A DNA stretch of 64,000 nt from Candidatus Marinacidobacterales bacterium (GCA_965219415.1 CBDCNP010000002.1:1984001-2048000); one strand, 5' to 3'. Positions 1 to 12,780 are shown, numbered from the stretch's first letter. Translations and numbers: made by a program. Notes: generated by a model from the letters alone, not told the origin.

Positions 1-1392
1 CGCCCTAGACGCGATTGGTCGCCTCGGGTTCCCTCACGCCAAGGTCTTGCTGCTCGACGAGCGCCGACGCCAGCTGGTGCCACAAACTTCTTCACCCGGA
101 GCGGCGGCGGAAGCGATGACCGGAACCCCGCTCGGCAAGGGTGCGGCGGGACAAGCCGCTCAAAGCGGCGAGCCGGTGCTGATCCCGGACGTCTCCGATC
201 TGCCGCTAGCTGACGGAAACCTCGAAGGAACCCGATCGCAGATCGCGGTTCCCCTCAAAGTGAAGGGGAATCTCATCGGGGTCTTGAACATCGGGCATGA
301 ACAACCCAACGCTTTCGGTGACAAAGACATCCGCGTCCTAGCTTCGTTTGCCAATCAAGCCGCCATCGCCATCGATAACGCCCGGCTCTACGAGGCGGAA
401 AAAAACGCGGACCGAACATCTAGGTGCCTGGCGCGATTACTCGGCGCGGATACAAACCGCCCAAACAGAATCGGAGGTTCTGGCAGCGCTCCTCCATTAT
501 CTGGACCGACTCGTAGCGCCCAACCAGTCAGTCGTGTACCGACCGGTTCCGGAAGGCAAGCTCCTCGAGGTCACCCAGCACGTGGGTTTGCCCGGCCGAT
601 GCGGGCGCGACTCCCGCGTCGGCGCGGCTAGCTGCATCGCGTATCGCACCGGTAAAGCCTTTCGCTTTGACGGAGCAGACGAACTTCCTTGCCCGGTAAA
701 GTCGTCAACCGAGGGAGGTGATCGTTATCTCTGCCTTCCCATGGTGGTTGGCGGGTCCACCATCGGAGTCATTCACTTGGACAGTCTCCACGAGGCTTAT
801 TGGAGCGAGGAGCGAACCGAGCTGGCGCGTGGCTTCGTGGATTACGCCGCCCCCATCCTCCAAAACGTCCGCTACTTCAAGCAGCTCCAGCAAAGGGCGA
901 TTCAAGACGAGCTCACCGGCCTCTACAACCGGCGTTTCCTGGAGGGACATCTCCAGAAACAACTCGCGATGGCCACCCGATACGAACAACCACTTGCGGT
1001 TCTCATGCTGGACATCGACCTCTTCAAAACGATCAACGACCGCTTTGGACATGATGCAGGCGATCGCGTACTGCGGAGCTTCTCGGCGAATTTGTCACAA
1101 ACGATTCGAGCATCAGACGTAGTAGCCCGGTGGGGAGGAGAAGAGTTCGTGGTCGTCCTGCCTTCGACCATCGGCCACGCCGCCAAAGCATTGGCGGAGA
1201 AGATCCGGAAATCGATCGAAGCGCTTTCTTTTGAAGAACAGGTTCCGGGTCTGGGGGGATCACGGTGAGCATCGGCACCGCCGCCTACCCGGCGACGGTA
1301 CCACCGAGGAAATCTTGTTGAAGAGCGCCGACCTCGCGCTCTACCGCGCCAAGCAAAGGGGCCGCAACCGCGTCGAGGCGGCAGCGGTCTAA
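1..1392 (+). CDS. GAF-GAF-GGDEF diguanylate cyclase (5' end outside window; frameshifted)
   Basis: ORF 47-631 is a GAF domain (FANQAAIAIDNARLY). ORF 348-1268 has a second GAF, DELTGLYNRR, an RxxD I-site (RASD) and GGEEF. The C-terminus LKSADLALYRAKQRGRNRV continues in another frame to TAA at 1392. Confidence 0.88.
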
Positions 1393-1511
1393 GCCCTCGC
1401 CGAGCGCACCCCAACCGCGACGGCTGAGGGCTCTACAATTAGTGGCGCGGGGCCCCACCCCCACGCCTGGTCGCTCCGGTGGCTGTCGCACCTCCGCGAC
1501 GGCTGAGGGCT

Positions 1512-1991
1512 CTACCGTACCCAGCCGGGAGGAATCCCCTTTCGCCGGGCTTCCGCCTGGAGGGCGGCAAGATCCGATCGTGCTTGTTGGAGCTGCCGCT
1601 CAAGGTTGGTCCGCTTCATCAAATTATCGGGATCCTGAGAGAACCCGGGGCGGTTGAGCTCGGTTTCGACGTCGGAGATCCGTTTTTGGATGCCGGCCTT
1701 GCGGTCACGCCAATACGCCTGTGTCGTGGTCGGATCCTCTTCTTCAGCTTCTGCTTCTTCCCCTTCGTCGTCTTGCCCAGCGTTCGTTCCCGCATCGTCG
1801 GCGGTCGGGGCAAACTGCACGCTGCGCCTCCGTCCCCCGATGCTGGAATCGTCATAGGTCTTGACGTCGGTCCTGGCGAGATCCTTCCTTCTTTCTTTCT
1901 CCTTCTTAGCAATCTCCGACAACGACTGGGCGGAGGCATCGGTAAATCCGGCGAACAACATCACAAGCCAAAACATGAAGAAGCGTTTCAC
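1512..1991 (-). CDS. Secreted hypothetical protein (signal peptide, coiled coil)
   Basis: GTG at 1991 follows GAGGAGG. Signal peptide ending ASA, then QSLSEIAKKEKERRK, an acidic linker and a coiled-coil C-terminus. Confidence 0.7.
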   Translation of the reverse strand: MKRFFMFWLVMLFAGFTDASAQSLSEIAKKEKERRKDLARTDVKTYDDSSIGGRRRSVQFAPTADDAGTNAGQDDEGEEAEAEEEDPTTTQAYWRDRKAGIQKRISDVETELNRPGFSQDPDNLMKRTNLERQLQQARSDLAALQAEARRKGIPPGWVR

Positions 1992-2260
1992 TTGTTTTCC
2001 TCCTCTAATCTTCAGTGACAATCGCAAGTCGTGTCCCCGGTCAATACCGCTGTTACCTGAACGCCTTAACATAAACCACTCCTGCCTTATGAGAAAGCAG
2101 GAAGGGTCTCGATGGGCGCCCCATTTCAGCGCTTTCGAAAAGCAGATGTCACGGAGATGGTCGGGTTTCGAAGAGCCCATGACCGATGAAGCAGGGCTCT
2201 CGATACGAAGGATCGGGAGGAATCTACCCCCGCTCCGGTGAGCGAGGGCAGTTCCACCGA

Positions 2261-4878
2261 TTAGGAGCTCAGCACGGCTTCGATCGGAGCGGATTCGAAA
2301 GCGAGCGCCCCGTCGCGAAGGTCGATCCGGACGGTAGTCCCGGACTGGATCTCCCCCGCCAACAGTTTGCGGGCAATCACGCTCTCGAGCTCTCGCTGCA
2401 CGGCTCGACGCAGTGGACGAGCTCCGTAAACTGGATCCCACCCGACTTCCGCTAGGTAGAGTTTGGCGTCGTCGGAGAGCTCGACATCGACACGTCGGTC
2501 TTCCAATCGCTGCCGCAGCCGGTCGAGCTGGATGTCAACGATGGTGACCAACTGCTCCTTGCTCAAACCATGGAACACCACCATCTCGTCGACTCGATTG
2601 AGGAACTCGGGACGGAAATGATTCTTTAGCCGCTCCAGCACTCGCTTTTTCATCTTGCCGTAGTTCTCATCGTCCACCGAGCCTTGGAACTCGAGAATAT
2701 CCGAGCTACCGACGTTGGAGGTCATGATGAGCACCGAGTTCCGAAAATCCACGGTACGGCCGTGCGAGTCGGTGAGCCGTCCTTCGTCCAAAATCTGGAG
2801 AAGCAGATTGAAGACGTCGTAGTGAGCCTTCTCCACCTCGTCGAAGAGGATCACCGAAAAAGGCCTGCGACGCACCGCTTCTGTCAGTTGGCCTCCCTCT
2901 TCGTATCCGACGTAGCCGGGAGGCGCACCGATGAGGCGGGCGACATTATGCTTCTCCATGTACTCACTCATGTCGATTCGCACAAGCGCCTTCTCGTCAT
3001 TGAAGAGATACTCCGCCAGGGTGCGAGCCAACTCCGTCTTACCCACGCCCGTGGGGCCAAGGAAAATGAAGCTCCCGATGGGGCGTTCCGGGTCCTTGAT
3101 TCCCGCGCGAGCGCGAAGGACCGCATCCGCAACCGTGTGAACGGCCTCGTCCTGGCCGACCACACGCTCATGAAGATGCTCCTCCAGGTGGAGCAGTTTC
3201 TGGACTTCGCCTTCCATGAGTTTCGAGATCGGAATCCCTGTCCAACGAGAGACCACCTGGCCGATGTCCTCTTCGTCTACCTCTTCCTTGAGAAGCATGG
3301 TCTTTCTCTCGGTGAGCACCTGCTCAGCTTCCCGGAGGCTCGTGTCCAACTCGTTCAGGCGACCGTAGCGAAGCTCCGCAACCTTGTCGAGATCGTAGGC
3401 ACGCTCGGCTTTTTCAATCGCGACCTTGGTCTCCTCCATTTCCTTCCGGAGCTCTCGCACCTTGCCGATCGACTCTTTCTCCTCCTGCCACTGGATCGCG
3501 AGCGTGTCGGCATTAGAACGGATCTCCGCAAGCTCCTTCTCCAGAAGGGAGAGTCTTTGCTTGGAAGCCTTGTCTTTTTCCTTTCGAAGCGCCTGGCGTT
3601 CGATTTCGAGCTGCATCTGGCGACGCTTTAGCTCGTCGAGCTCAGTCGGCATACTGTCCATCTCGGTACGCAGCCGTGCCGCGGACTCATCGACCAAATC
3701 GATCGCCTTGTCGGGTAGGAACCGGTCCGAGATGTAGCGCCTGGACAAAGTCGCCGCCGCAACCAGAGCCGGATCTTTGATCCTGACTCCCGTGGTGAAC
3801 CTCGTAGCGCTCCTGAAGACCACGAAGGATAGAAATCGTGTCCTCTGCCGTGGGCTCGTCGACTCTCGCGGTCTGGAATCGACGCTCCAGCGCGGCGTCT
3901 TTCTCGATGTGCTTACGATTCTCGTCGAGCGTGGTTGCGCCGATGCAATGTAACTCTCCCCGCGCCAGCATCGGCTTCAGCAGGTTTCCGGCATCCATCG
4001 GCGCGCCCTTGGCACGGCCCGCGCCGACGACATTGTGCAGCTCGTCGATGAAGAGGATGATCCCGCGCTGGGAATCCTGTACCTCCTTCAGCACCGCCTT
4101 GAGCCGTTCTTCGAACTCTCCCCGGAACTTGGCGCCGGCAATGAGAGCACCCATGTCGAGGGCGATGACTTTCTTGTTCTTTAGCCCCTCGGGCACATCC
4201 CCACGCACGACGCGTTGGGCAAGCCCTTCCACGATGGCGGTCTTTCCCACTCCGGGCTCGCCAATCAAGACCGGGTTGTTCTTGGTCCGCCGGGAAAGAA
4301 TCTGGATGACCCGTCGGATCTCGTCGTCACGTCCGATGACAGGATCGACCTTGCCCTGGCTCGCGAACTGGGTCAGGTCACGTCCGTACTGCTCGAGCGC
4401 CTCGTAGGTCGACTCCGGGCTCTGGCTCGTCACTCGCTGACTACCTCGAATGCCCTGCAAAACCTCGAGAATGCCGTCCCTACTAGTGCCGTAATCCTTG
4501 AGGAGTCGCCCTGCCTCACCGCCTTCCTCGAAAATGGCGAGAAGGAAGTGCTCGACGCTGGCGTACTCGTCCTTCAGCTTTTCGGCCTGTTGCAGGGCCT
4601 TTTCCAGGACCTTATTGAGTCGGCCGGCGATGTAGAGCTCGACGCCCGAACCGTTCACCGATGGGACCTTGGCCAGATGACTCTCTAGCCGGTGCTCGAG
4701 CTCTGGAACGGGCACTTCTAGCCTTCCCAACACTTTGGGCACCAGCCCACCTTCCTGCCGGAGCAGGGCGAAAAGGAGGTGCTCCACGTCGATCTGCTGA
4801 TGGTTCCGCTCAGAGGCCAAGCGACTGAGCCGCCCCGATCGCCTCCTGAGACTTCTGTGTAAGTCGATTGAAGTCCAT
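2261..4878 (-). CDS. clpB: Chaperone ClpB (frameshifted)
   Basis: Starts [15 protein letters not shown]1 GEPGVGKT and IDELH, coiled-coil M domain, NBD2 [20 protein letters not shown]. Split near 3790 and 4830. Confidence 0.96.
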
Positions 4879-4958
4879 ATACATCCTCCTCGAGTGAAAG
4901 TCTCGGGCTTGAATCCTAGCGCGGAGTTCCGGCGTGGAATTGCCAAGCCACTGGAACC

Positions 4959-4987
4959 ATTGTAATATATTATGCTATTAATATCAA
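4959..4987 (-). promoter_or_regulatory. Sigma70-type promoter for clpB
   Basis: Minus strand TTGATA-N17-TACAAT in the AT-rich intergenic region. Confidence 0.65.
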
Positions 4988-5017
4988 GTGATATTATATA
5001 TATACACTCATTTTAAC

Positions 5018-5046
5018 TTGACATATTTGCCTCCATTCCCTATAAT
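5018..5046 (+). promoter_or_regulatory. Sigma70-type promoter for dnaK
   Basis: Perfect consensus TTGACA-N17-TATAAT. Confidence 0.8.
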
Positions 5047-5189
5047 TACAACATGGAATTGGGGAGACGTTCAGATTAGCGCACCCAAATAGGGCCGCGC
5101 CATCACTGCGATGGCTAAGGGCCCGAAAGATTTTAGGTATTTAAAATCACTATCCCTAACAAATAGGGGCTGTTTGGAGGCAGACCAAT

Positions 5190-7106
5190 ATGACTAAAGT
5201 GATTGGAATCGACCTGGGAACCACCAACTCGGCCGTTTCCGTTATGGAGGGCGGTCAACCGAAGATCATCGTCAACTCCGAGGGGGGCCGGGTGACGCCG
5301 AGTGTCGTAGCCTTTACCAAGGACTCAGAGCGACTCGTCGGGCAGGTTGCCCGCCGCCAGGCTATCACCAACCCCGAGAACACCGTTTACTCCATCAAGC
5401 GATTCATGGGCCGCCGCCACGACGAGGTGTCGGAAGAAGCGGCGATGGTTCCTTACAAGATCGTCAAAGGGAAGAACGGCGATGTCCGAGTGGAAGTCCG
5501 GGGCAAGGAACACTCCCCACCCGAGGTTTCCGCCATGGTACTTCAGAAACTGAAGCAGGCAGCGGAAGACTACCTGGGTGACAAGGTAGTCGACGCAGTA
5601 ATTACCGTGCCGGCTTATTTCAACGACAGCCAGCGCCAAGCCACCAAAGACGCCGGAACCATCGCCGGCCTCAACGTCAAGCGTATCATCAACGAACCGA
5701 CCGCCGCCGCCTTGGCCTATGGTCTCGACAAGAAAAAAGACGAGACCATTGCCGTCTTTGACTTCGGCGGAGGAACCTTCGACATCTCCATACTGGAGGT
5801 TGGCGAGGGCGTGGTGGAGGTCAAGTCCACCAACGGTGACACCCATCTGGGCGGAGACAACATCGACCAGCGCGTCATCGACTGGATCATAGAGGAGTTT
5901 CGCCGCGAGCAAGGCATCGATCTGTCGAAGGACAAGATGGCTCTCCAGCGCCTCAAGGAGGCGGCCGAGAAGGCCAAGATCGAGCTCTCCACCGCGATGG
6001 AGACCGAAATCAGCCTCCCCTTCATTACCGCAGACAGCTCGGGACCGAAGCACTTGTCCCTGAAGCTGACGCGGGCGAAGTTCGAGCAGCTGGTGGAAGA
6101 TTTGCTCCAACGCAGCCTCGACCCCTGTAGGCAGGCATTGAAAGACGCCGGACTCGAGCCCGACCAGATTGACGAAGTCGTACTGGTCGGCGGAACGACC
6201 CGAACCCCTCGCGTACAGCAGATGGTGCAAGAGCTCTTCGAGAAGGAGCCCCACAAAGGTGTGAATCCGGACGAAGTCGTCGCGGTGGGCGCGGGCATCC
6301 AGGCGGGTGTGCTGAGCGGAGACGTCAAGGACGTACTCCTGCTCGACGTGACCCCCCTCTCGCTGGGGATCGAAACCTTGGGTGGCGTCTTCACGAAGCT
6401 CATCGAGCGCAACACCACGATTCCTGTGCGAAAGGGCGAAATCTTCTCGACCGCGCAGGACAACCAACCTAGCGTGGAGGTCCACGTTCTTCAAGGTGAG
6501 CGCGAGATGTCCAAGGACAACCGGTCACTAGGTCGTTTCAACCTAACCGGCATCCCCGCCGCACCGCGCGGCTTGCCGCAGATCGAGGTGGCTTTCGATA
6601 TCGATGCCAACGGGATCGTCAACGTATCGGCCAAGGACCAAGCGACCGGCGAGGAGCAGACCATCACGATCACGAGCTCCAGCGGGCTCGGTAAGGACGA
6701 AGTCGAAAAAATGGTCCGTGACGCCGAGGCCAACCGCGAGCAAGACCAAAAGGCTCGCGAGCGAACCGAAGCTCGGAACGGTCTGGATGCCTTAGTCTAT
6801 GCGACCGAGCGCAGCGTCAAAGACGCCGCCGATAAGAACATCAACCTGGAACCGGCGCTCATCTTCGACGTCGAAGGTGCCATTAACGAGGCGCGTCAAG
6901 CCGTGGAGGCGGACGACGCGGATCGGATGCAAAAGGCCGAGGAACAGCTGACCCGGATCAGCCGTAGGCTAACCGAGGCGCCTTATCAGAGCACCGCGAC
7001 GCCTAAGGACGACACCGGACAGAACGGTAAGGCGAGCGGTCCTCCCCCTGGTTCCAGCGGCGGTGAGGAAGACATCGTGGACGCCGAATACCAAGACGTC
7101 GTTTAA
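5190..7106 (+). CDS. dnaK: Chaperone DnaK (Hsp70)
   Basis: [34 protein letters not shown]; intact 638 aa. Confidence 0.98.
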   Translation: MTKVIGIDLGTTNSAVSVMEGGQPKIIVNSEGGRVTPSVVAFTKDSERLVGQVARRQAITNPENTVYSIKRFMGRRHDEVSEEAAMVPYKIVKGKNGDVRVEVRGKEHSPPEVSAMVLQKLKQAAEDYLGDKVVDAVITVPAYFNDSQRQATKDAGTIAGLNVKRIINEPTAAALAYGLDKKKDETIAVFDFGGGTFDISILEVGEGVVEVKSTNGDTHLGGDNIDQRVIDWIIEEFRREQGIDLSKDKMALQRLKEAAEKAKIELSTAMETEISLPFITADSSGPKHLSLKLTRAKFEQLVEDLLQRSLDPCRQALKDAGLEPDQIDEVVLVGGTTRTPRVQQMVQELFEKEPHKGVNPDEVVAVGAGIQAGVLSGDVKDVLLLDVTPLSLGIETLGGVFTKLIERNTTIPVRKGEIFSTAQDNQPSVEVHVLQGEREMSKDNRSLGRFNLTGIPAAPRGLPQIEVAFDIDANGIVNVSAKDQATGEEQTITITSSSGLGKDEVEKMVRDAEANREQDQKARERTEARNGLDALVYATERSVKDAADKNINLEPALIFDVEGAINEARQAVEADDADRMQKAEEQLTRISRRLTEAPYQSTATPKDDTGQNGKASGPPPGSSGGEEDIVDAEYQDVV

Positions 7107-7131
7107 GAAGTTGCCCAATTGGCCGGAATAG

Positions 7132-7170
7132 AAAAAGGCGAGGCTGGCCAACCCCGGCCTCGCCTTTTTT
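7132..7170. terminator. Bidirectional Rho-independent terminator
   Basis: AAAAAGGCGAGGCTGG...CCGGCCTCGCCTTTTTT between convergent genes. Confidence 0.85.
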
Positions 7171-7173
7171 CGC

Positions 7174-8337
7174 TCAGTTACCCAGCTTCGACATGGAGGC
7201 GGCGAGCCCCGCCTGCAGGTCCGTTTTGCAATCTTGCGCGGCAAGGGCGGTCGATAAGGCAGAAAGTAAGAAGAGGATCTTCTCCGCCGACGAAGAATAA
7301 CCCATCAGCCCCACGCGCCACACCTTACCTTTGAGCGTGCCGAGCCCGCCACCGATCTCGAGATTGAAGGTCGAAAGAAGATGCCCTCTCACCTTCCCGT
7401 CGTCCACCCCTTCCGGTATCCGAATGGCGTTCAACGACGGCAGGCGGTGCTCCGGAGCCACCAACATCTGAAGTCCCATCGCTTCGACGCCTGCCACCAA
7501 AGCTCTATGATTTTTCAGATGCCTGGCGATCCGTTTCGGGAGCGCTTCTTCTTCGATTAGAAGCAGCGCTTCCAGAAGGCCGTAGTTGAGGGTGCTGGAG
7601 CTAGTATGGTGGTAGCCCTTGCCGGTCCAATAGTTGTCCAGAAGCTCGGCATCCAGATACCAGCTTCGCACCGGGTGCTTGCGCTTCGCGAGCGACTCCA
7701 CGGCTCGAGCGCTGAGGGTAACCGGCGCGAGGCCGGGCGGACTGCCAATGCACTTCTGCGAGCAGCTATATGCCGCGTCGACGCCCCAATCGTCGACTTT
7801 CACCTCGACCCCTCCGAGCGAAGTCACGGTGTCAAGAAGAATCATTGCCCCGTGCGCCTTCGCCAGGCCGGCAATCTCGTCTATCGGCTGCAGGACACCG
7901 GTGGAGGTCTCGGCATGCACGAGAGTGATAACCTTGAAGGAGCCGGATTTCAAGGCATTCTCCACGCGCTCGGGGTCGGTGGGCCTCCCCCATTCGCTCT
8001 CGATGAGCGTGATATCTGCCTCTTGCCGTTCCGCCATCTGCCGAATGCGATCCCCGAAGTAGCCGTGCACGCACACGAGCGTCTTATCTCCTGGCTCCAG
8101 CAAATTGGCGACGCAAAACTCCATGCCCGACGTCCCGGTCCCCGGGGTGGCGTGGGTCAGCCGGTTTTCGGTATTGAAGACCATCCGCAGCTTGTCCCCG
8201 ATCGCATCGAGAACCTTGAAGTACGCTGGATCCAAGTGCCCGATGACGGGCGAGGACAATGCCCGGTAAACACGGGGATGAATATCCAGTGGTCCCGGCC
8301 CCATGAGGGTCCGTTGAGGGGCATCAGGTCGATTCAT
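7174..8337 (-). CDS. Alanine-glyoxylate/serine-pyruvate aminotransferase (class V PLP)
   Basis: LMGPGP, VHAETSTGV, DTVTSLGG, SCSQKC (PLP lysine), YHHT, WRVGLMG. Confidence 0.92.
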   Translation of the reverse strand: MNRPDAPQRTLMGPGPLDIHPRVYRALSSPVIGHLDPAYFKVLDAIGDKLRMVFNTENRLTHATPGTGTSGMEFCVANLLEPGDKTLVCVHGYFGDRIRQMAERQEADITLIESEWGRPTDPERVENALKSGSFKVITLVHAETSTGVLQPIDEIAGLAKAHGAMILLDTVTSLGGVEVKVDDWGVDAAYSCSQKCIGSPPGLAPVTLSARAVESLAKRKHPVRSWYLDAELLDNYWTGKGYHHTSSSTLNYGLLEALLLIEEEALPKRIARHLKNHRALVAGVEAMGLQMLVAPEHRLPSLNAIRIPEGVDDGKVRGHLLSTFNLEIGGGLGTLKGKVWRVGLMGYSSSAEKILFLLSALSTALAAQDCKTDLQAGLAASMSKLGN

Positions 8338-8411
8338 ACACCGACTCCTTTCTAGACGATTGGGCGCCCAGTTAACGAGGTTGCCATAATTCAGCGTGGG
8401 CAGGGCGCCAG

Positions 8412-9599
8412 TCAAGACACCAGCCCGCGACGGCGGCCAACCGCCGCAAAGGCATCGATCGCCCGGTCGAGGTGCTCTCGCTCATGGGCGGCAGAAATCT
8501 GGACGCGGATCCGCGCTTTGCTCTTCGGAACGACCGGAAAGCTGAAACCGATCACGTAAATCCCGCGTTCCAGAAGCTCACTTGCCATGTCTTGGGCGAG
8601 CCGTGCGTCGCCCAGCATGATCGGCACGATGGGATGCGTGCCTTCCTTGATCTGGAACCCCTTCCCTGCCATCTCCTCCCGAAAATAACGGGTGTTGCGT
8701 TCGAGTTTCTCTCTCAGCTCGTCGCTCGAGCTCAACAGATCGATCGCCTTCACGCTGGCCGCGACGACCGCGGGCGCGAGCGTATTCGAGAAGAGAGGGG
8801 TCGGCTCCGTTGCCGCAAGAGAGCGATGATCTCCTTCCGACCGCTAGTGAACCCACCCGACGCCCCACCAAGTGCTTTACCCAAGGTGGAAGTAAAGATA
8901 TCCACCCGCTCGGCGACGCCGAAGAGCTCCGGTGTTCCTCGACCGGTCTTGCCGACGAAACCTGTCGCGTGAGAGTCGTCCACCAGCACCAACGCTTCGT
9001 AACGGTCGGCGAGCTCACAGATGGCGTCGAGGGGAGCGAAGGTTCCGTCCATACTGAAGACGCCGTCGGTGGCGATGAGCCGCATTCGGGCCGCTTCGGC
9101 TTCCCTTAACTTGTCTTCGAGATCCCCCCATGTCGGCGTTCTTGTAGCGAAATCGCTTCGCCTTGCAGAGGCGCACGCCGTCGATGATGCTCGCATGATT
9201 GAGCTCGTCGCTGAGCACGGCGTCTTCTTCCGACAGGAGGGTTCCGAAGAGGCCACCGTTGGCATCGTAACAGGAACTATAGAGCGTTGTATCATCGGTT
9301 CCCAGAAAGCCTGCGATCCGTTCCTCTAGCTCCTTGTGCTTGTCTTGAGTTCCGCAGATGAACCGCACCGAAGAGAGGCCGAAGCCTCGTTGCTCCAGCC
9401 CGGCGCGGGCCGCGGCAACGATCTCCGGATGACTCGAAAGCCCCAGGTAGTTGTTGGCGCAGAAGTTCAGGACCGCGTCGCCCGCTACTCGAATGGAGGC
9501 GCCTTGAGGGGAGGTGATCACGCGCTCCTCTTTGTTGAGGCTGGCCGCTTGGAGCTCCTCTAGCACTCCGTTGATGATCTCGCGCGCGTTTCCATACAT
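8412..9599 (-). CDS. kbl: 2-amino-3-ketobutyrate CoA ligase (frameshifted)
   Basis: [63 protein letters not shown] across three frames. Confidence 0.93.
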
Positions 9600-9759
9600 G
9601 CAGTCTCCTTCTTGGCGCCCCACGTTCTGGCAACACCCCATTTTGGCGGCCGGCGCCTTGCCCATACTCGGTTGCTGCAATCCCCGCTAATTGGGCGCCC
9701 TCAAGCGGCACAGTTTCATGGCGCTCTATTCTATTCGGATGGAGAAGGAGAGGAAACGC

Positions 9760-10890
9760 TTAGAGGGGAGACGGATCCATAGGCGAATGTTCCGCCGCAC
9801 GTTGGTTCAAGCTACTGAGGAGGTCACCCAAGAGAAGAAGGAAGGGGTGAACCGGATCGTCCGTTTGCCCTCCTTCTTTCGCGTCTTTCAGCTGTGCGGT
9901 CGCCCGGTGGCGGTAGGTCTGCAGACGCTGAACGAAACTGCTGAAAAGGATGTGATCCGACTCGCGCATACCGGCTAAGGCGGGAAACTGCTCGGGGTGG
10001 AAGTCTCGGAGCAAAAACTGGATTCCCTCGAGCTGCTCGGGCTGCCGCCGCTCATCGTAATCTCGGACTCGAGAAATCAGCTCACCAAACCAGCTCAGGA
10101 AGTGATCCAGGTCGAGCTGGTTCTCGAGATCGCGCTTGAAGAACCTTTTGCGCGTCAGGGTTTCGTCGAAGAGGGTGAGTTGCTCGAACATCACGAAAGA
10201 AGAGCTTTCCTGCACCTCTTTCAACCGCAGCGCTAGGTCATCGACTACTGTGGTGATCCGGGCTTCCAAGAATTCCCTTCCCTCTTCGCCGACTGGGAGC
10301 TCTCCATCCAAGGGCACAAACTTCCGGACCCATCGATCTAATCCCATGCGGAGGAATCTGAGATCGCCGGCCAGATCTCGAACTCGCTGCCCGTAGAGGC
10401 CCCGCATTTGCTCCGCGCTTCCGGAAAAAGGACAACCGGCGAAGAAGGCTTCGGTTTGCTGGAGCCGTCTCCCTATGGCAAAGAGATATTGTCCCAAGAC
10501 CTCAACGTAAGAGTCGTAGACCCGCCGCGCCTTGGAAAGATCTTCGCCAGATCGGAACATCAGCGTTCTTCAACTCTCTGCGGATGCGCTCGATGGCGAT
10601 GAAGGCTTCGGAGGACAGGAGGGACGCTATCTGGAGCACTCCATCCAACAAATACTGGGCGACTTCCTGATCCCGGATCTCACTCAGGCGGTGATTGATC
10701 GTGTCGAAGGAGGTCTCGCGAAAGAGATAATCGAACGCCGCGTGCTCTCGTCCTTCGCTCAGCCGATCGAGCAGAGGTGGACAGATGGGCCCCTTCCCAA
10801 AATGTCTCGTACGACCGGGTGGCTGATACCCGTACCGTCGTCATTTTGGAGAGAGAGACGTTCTCCCCGTTGCGCCCGAGGGTGCATGGT
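9760..10890 (-). CDS. Hypothetical protein (frameshifted; start uncertain)
   Basis: 266-aa ORF 9760-10560 plus upstream coding-like sequence up to the IS insertion. No recognised motif. Confidence 0.5.
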
Positions 10891-10904
10891 TCGATGAGCG
10901 AATT

Positions 10905-12277
10905 GAGCTACCCTCAGAAGGTGTGGAAATAAAGTAAAGGCGAAGTAACCTTCCGCGTCACGAAACACGGCCTGAAGGGGCCAACGGAAGGAGACACCGC
11001 CATGAAGGAAAAGACCACAAGACGACGGAGCTCGTCAAGGGTGGCTTGGGAGTCGCTGGAGAAGTGGGCGAGGCTCGAGATCCAGGATTGGGTGCAGGAG
11101 CTGATGGTAGCCGAAGTCACGGAGCTTCTCGGGCGTGAGAAATCGGAGAGACGGAAGCCCGTGGACACAACGGCGGGCTATCGAAATGGATACGGTAAGC
11201 CTCGGAAGCTGACGATGAGCGTGGGCACGGTGACGGTTCGCCGGCCGAGAGTAGGGGACGTGGAGGAGAGGTTCGAAAGTCGAGTGCTTCCGCTGTTCAA
11301 GCGTCGGAGCGAAACGGTGAGCGAGTTGATTCCGGAGCTGTACCTGCATGGACTAGCTCACGGAGATTTCGATCTGGCGCTCCGCGGGCTTCTAGGGGAG
11401 GACGCTCCACTTTCTCCCAGCACGGTGTCGCGGCTGAAACAGAAATGGCAGGGAGAGTACGAGCAGTGGCTAGCTCGCCCACTGGACGAACTCGAGCTCG
11501 TGTCCCTGTGGGTAGATGGCGTGTACGTGAAGGCCGGCCTTGAGAAGGACAAGGCGGCGGTGCTAGTTGCGGTTGGTGGCCTGTCCGACGGGACGAAAAT
11601 CGTCCTGACGCTGGAGGCCGGGCATCGAGAATCCGAAGCGTCATGGTCGTCGCTGCTACGGAGACTGAAGAAGCGCGGTCTGAGATGTCCCCGTTTGGTG
11701 ATCGGTGACGGTCATCTCGGCATCTGGGCCGCGACCCGAAACGTATTTCCAGAAGCTGAGGAGCAGCGGTGCTGGAACCACCGAATCCTCAACGTACTGG
11801 ACCGGATTCCGAAAAGGGACCAGGCGCAGGCCAAGCCGCTGTTGACGGCGACCCCCTACCCCACCAGCCTGCAGGAGTGCGAGACGAAGAAGGCCCAAGT
11901 TCCAGGATTGGTGCTTGCGCAAGGGTCTTCCGGGGGCCGCGCACGTGCTCGACGAGGACTGGGAGCGGATGGTCAGCTTCTATTCCTTTCCCAAGCCTCA
12001 CTGGCAACACCTTCGCACGAGCAACGTCGTGGAGTCACCGTTCGCTGCACTGAGATTGAGAACGGATGCGGCCAAAAGGTTCAAGAAAGTCGAGTCCGCC
12101 ACTGCGACAATCTTCAAACTGCTTCTGGTTGCGGAGAAGAATTTTCGCCGGCTCAACGCACCGGAGCTGATGCGAGAGGTTCACCTGGGCGTTCGATTTG
12201 AAGATGGAGACAGGGTAACGGAGTCGTCGAAGGTTGCTGCTGCCTGAACTTTTTTACACACCTATCGACAAGAGCTC
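10905..12277 (+). mobile_element. IS256-family insertion sequence, copy 1
   Basis: Imperfect TIRs GAGCTACCCTCAGAAGGTGTGGAAAT / TTTTACACACCTATCGACAAGAGCTC. 8-bp target duplication AGCGAATT at 10897-10904 and 12278-12285. Confidence 0.95.
11002..12247 (+). CDS. IS256-family transposase (frameshift near 11895)
   Basis: YRNGY, LWVDGVY, IGDG, QRCWNH, LRTSNVVES. Confidence 0.93.
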
Positions 12278-12381
12278 AGCGAATTTCGGAGCTACGTATG
12301 GACCCTAGTCATCCACCAGCGTAAAAACCTGGCGCGCAATATAGCAGCGGCCCGGCCGGGTGTCAACGCCGGCGATCACCG

Positions 12382-12780
12382 TCAGTACCGTCCGGCCAGG
12401 TAATCCGCCAGGATTCGCCCGTGGTCAAAGGCCAGCTCCGTGGGAAGGTCGGCTCGTGGGAATGCCCGCGCCTCCGCGGCGTCATCGGCACCTTCGGGCT
12501 GCCCCGCGGCACGACCGATGAAAACGACCGAAACGGTGTGTCCTCGCGGATCCCGGGCCGGATCCGAGTAAACGTGGAATTGCCGCACCAGCTCCACGGA
12601 GAGTGATGTCTCCTCGAGTGCCTCTCGAATCGCGGCTTGCTCCACCGTTTCACCGGGGTCGACGAATCCTCCTGGCAGGGCCCAACCGGGGGGAGGGTTT
12701 TTCCTTCGAATGAGAACGAGGTCTTCGCGACCCAATTCGATAATCACGTCTACCGTGAGGCGAAGCTGATGAATCGTCAA
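12382..12780 (-). CDS. Nudix hydrolase
   Basis: Nudix box [24 protein letters not shown]; RDPRGH; LAFDH. Confidence 0.92.
   Translation of the reverse strand: MTIHQLRLTVDVIIELGREDLVLIRRKNPPPGWALPGGFVDPGETVEQAAIREALEETSLSVELVRQFHVYSDPARDPRGHTVSVVFIGRAAGQPEGADDAAEARAFPRADLPTELAFDHGRILADYLAGRY

Noticed and set aside
5077-5118. TTAGC...GCTAA upstream of dnaK as CIRCE
   Set aside because: Arm sequence and spacing do not match TTAGCACTC-N9-GAGTGCTAA.
2684-6494. Long antisense ORFs over clpB and dnaK (and similar ones elsewhere)
   Set aside because: Shadow ORFs expected from GC-rich codon bias; they have no motifs or RBS support.
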